64,000 nt of DNA from an uncultured Victivallales bacterium (GTDB lineage: Bacteria > Verrucomicrobiota > Lentisphaeria > Victivallales > UBA1829), in assembly GCA_944390795.1 (NCBI GenBank), contig CALXRI010000006.1:558-64557 (forward strand). Direction: 5' to 3'. The translations under genes and the position numbers were made by a program. The notes beneath the pieces were generated by a model. The model saw nothing but the letters and a program-made list of their open reading frames with translations, was not told the origin of the DNA and searched no databases. Positions 63,565 through 64,000 of this stretch are shown one piece after another. How positions within the stretch are numbered: the first letter of the stretch is position 1; each line of letters starts with the position of its first letter.

Positions 63565-64000
63565 TCAGAAGAAGTTCTCCGAAAGATAGTCATAGCTCAT
63601 CTTCAGGGAGTCAAACGGCGAAGCGGGACAGATATCCTGCTCGACGATATACCAGAGACACCCGGCCTCGTCCGCGGCCTCGAGAATGGGTTTCCATTCC
63701 AGGTTTCCGCTGCCGATCTCCGTCATGATCTGTTTGCCGCCGCGGAAACCGCTGTCCTTCAGGTGCAGAAGAGGCATGCGTCCGGAAAGTTTCCGGATCC
63801 AGGAAACGGGATTGGCTCCGCCCTGCTGCACCCAGTAGGTGTCGGGTTCGCCCTTCAGATTCTCAGCCGTCGAGGCGGAATAGAGAATGTCAAGCACGGT
63901 TCTGCCGTTGAATTTCTCAAACTCGAGCGCATGGTTGTGGTAACAGAGGGTGATGCCGGCGGCCTTGAGCTTTGCGCCCGCCTCGTTCAGAGCGGCGGCA
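63565..64000 (-). CDS. sugar phosphate isomerase/epimerase (xylose isomerase-like TIM barrel), N-terminus beyond window
   Basis: The frame is open to nt 64000. ...GITLCYHNHALEFEKF...LHLKD... are typical AP-endonuclease-2/XylI-like TIM motifs. Confidence 0.75.
   Translation of the reverse strand, partial: AAALNEAGAKLKAAGITLCYHNHALEFEKFNGRTVLDILYSASTAENLKGEPDTYWVQQGGANPVSWIRKLSGRMPLLHLKDSGFRGGKQIMTEIGSGNLEWKPILEAADEAGCLWYIVEQDICPASPFDSLKMSYDYLSENFF

Noticed and set aside
1-64000. Search for tRNA, rRNA, CRISPR arrays, IS elements/transposases, integrases, phage or toxin-antitoxin and known defence genes.
   Set aside because: I saw no T-loop (GGTTCGAATCC-like) cloverleaf candidates and no spaced direct-repeat arrays. 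None of the substantial ORFs carry DDE, tyrosine- or serine-recombinase, capsid/terminase or nuclease-helicase defence motifs. This was an eyeball scan only, so tRNAscan-SE, Infernal and ISfinder should confirm it.

Overview
This 64 kb window is a bacterial chromosome segment of about 60% G+C. It is densely coding on both strands (about 53 CDS) and consists almost entirely of core housekeeping genes.

**Likely taxon.** A prepilin-type 'H-X9-DG' pseudopilin-like protein and the general protein style suggest the PVC superphylum, resembling Lentisphaerota/Victivallales. This is an inference, not a database result.

**Recognisable content.**
- Translation and ribosome: the nusA-infB-rbfA-DHH phosphoesterase-truB operon, plus rpsT, rpsD, rpmB, fmt, an RNase E/G homolog and an RluA-family pseudouridine synthase.
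- Secretion: ffh and yajC-secDF.
- Envelope and LPS: uppP, a GT9 heptosyltransferase, lpxB, skp-lpxD, an MsbA-like exporter, a BamE-like lipoprotein and a PqiC-like lipoprotein.
- Metabolism: mtnA, ilvD, gmk, a stand-alone coaC, glycerate kinase, an Fe-ADH, a PfkB kinase and an ABC-F ATPase.
- Carbohydrate-type loci: a GHL6-like TIM-barrel protein, and an AraC regulator next to a 983-aa unknown protein and a sugar-phosphate isomerase.

**Not found.** I saw no rRNA, tRNA, CRISPR array, transposase, integrase, phage genes or recognisable defence system. I do not see a clear novel multi-gene system.

**Most interesting items.**
1. A structured repeat of about 105 nt occurs twice, in inverted orientation 40 kb apart. 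Each copy sits between convergent genes, next to an intrinsic terminator.
2. A pilin-like gene ending in a C-terminal Ser lies directly upstream of a Wzy_C/O-antigen-ligase-TPR protein, the same layout as pilA-tfpO pilin glycosylation cassettes. This pair sits in a locally AT-rich stretch.
3. An orphan intrinsic terminator and hairpin leader lie just upstream of nusA.
4. There are several unusual domain fusions or insertions: CoADR-rhodanese-TusA-DsrE, LplT-PlsC-Aas, and an MsbA-like exporter with a 133-aa repeat-containing loop insertion.
5. A small paralogous family of secreted beta-sandwich proteins brackets the fmt-rng operon.

All functional calls come from motif recognition by eye on the supplied translations. 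No searches were run.
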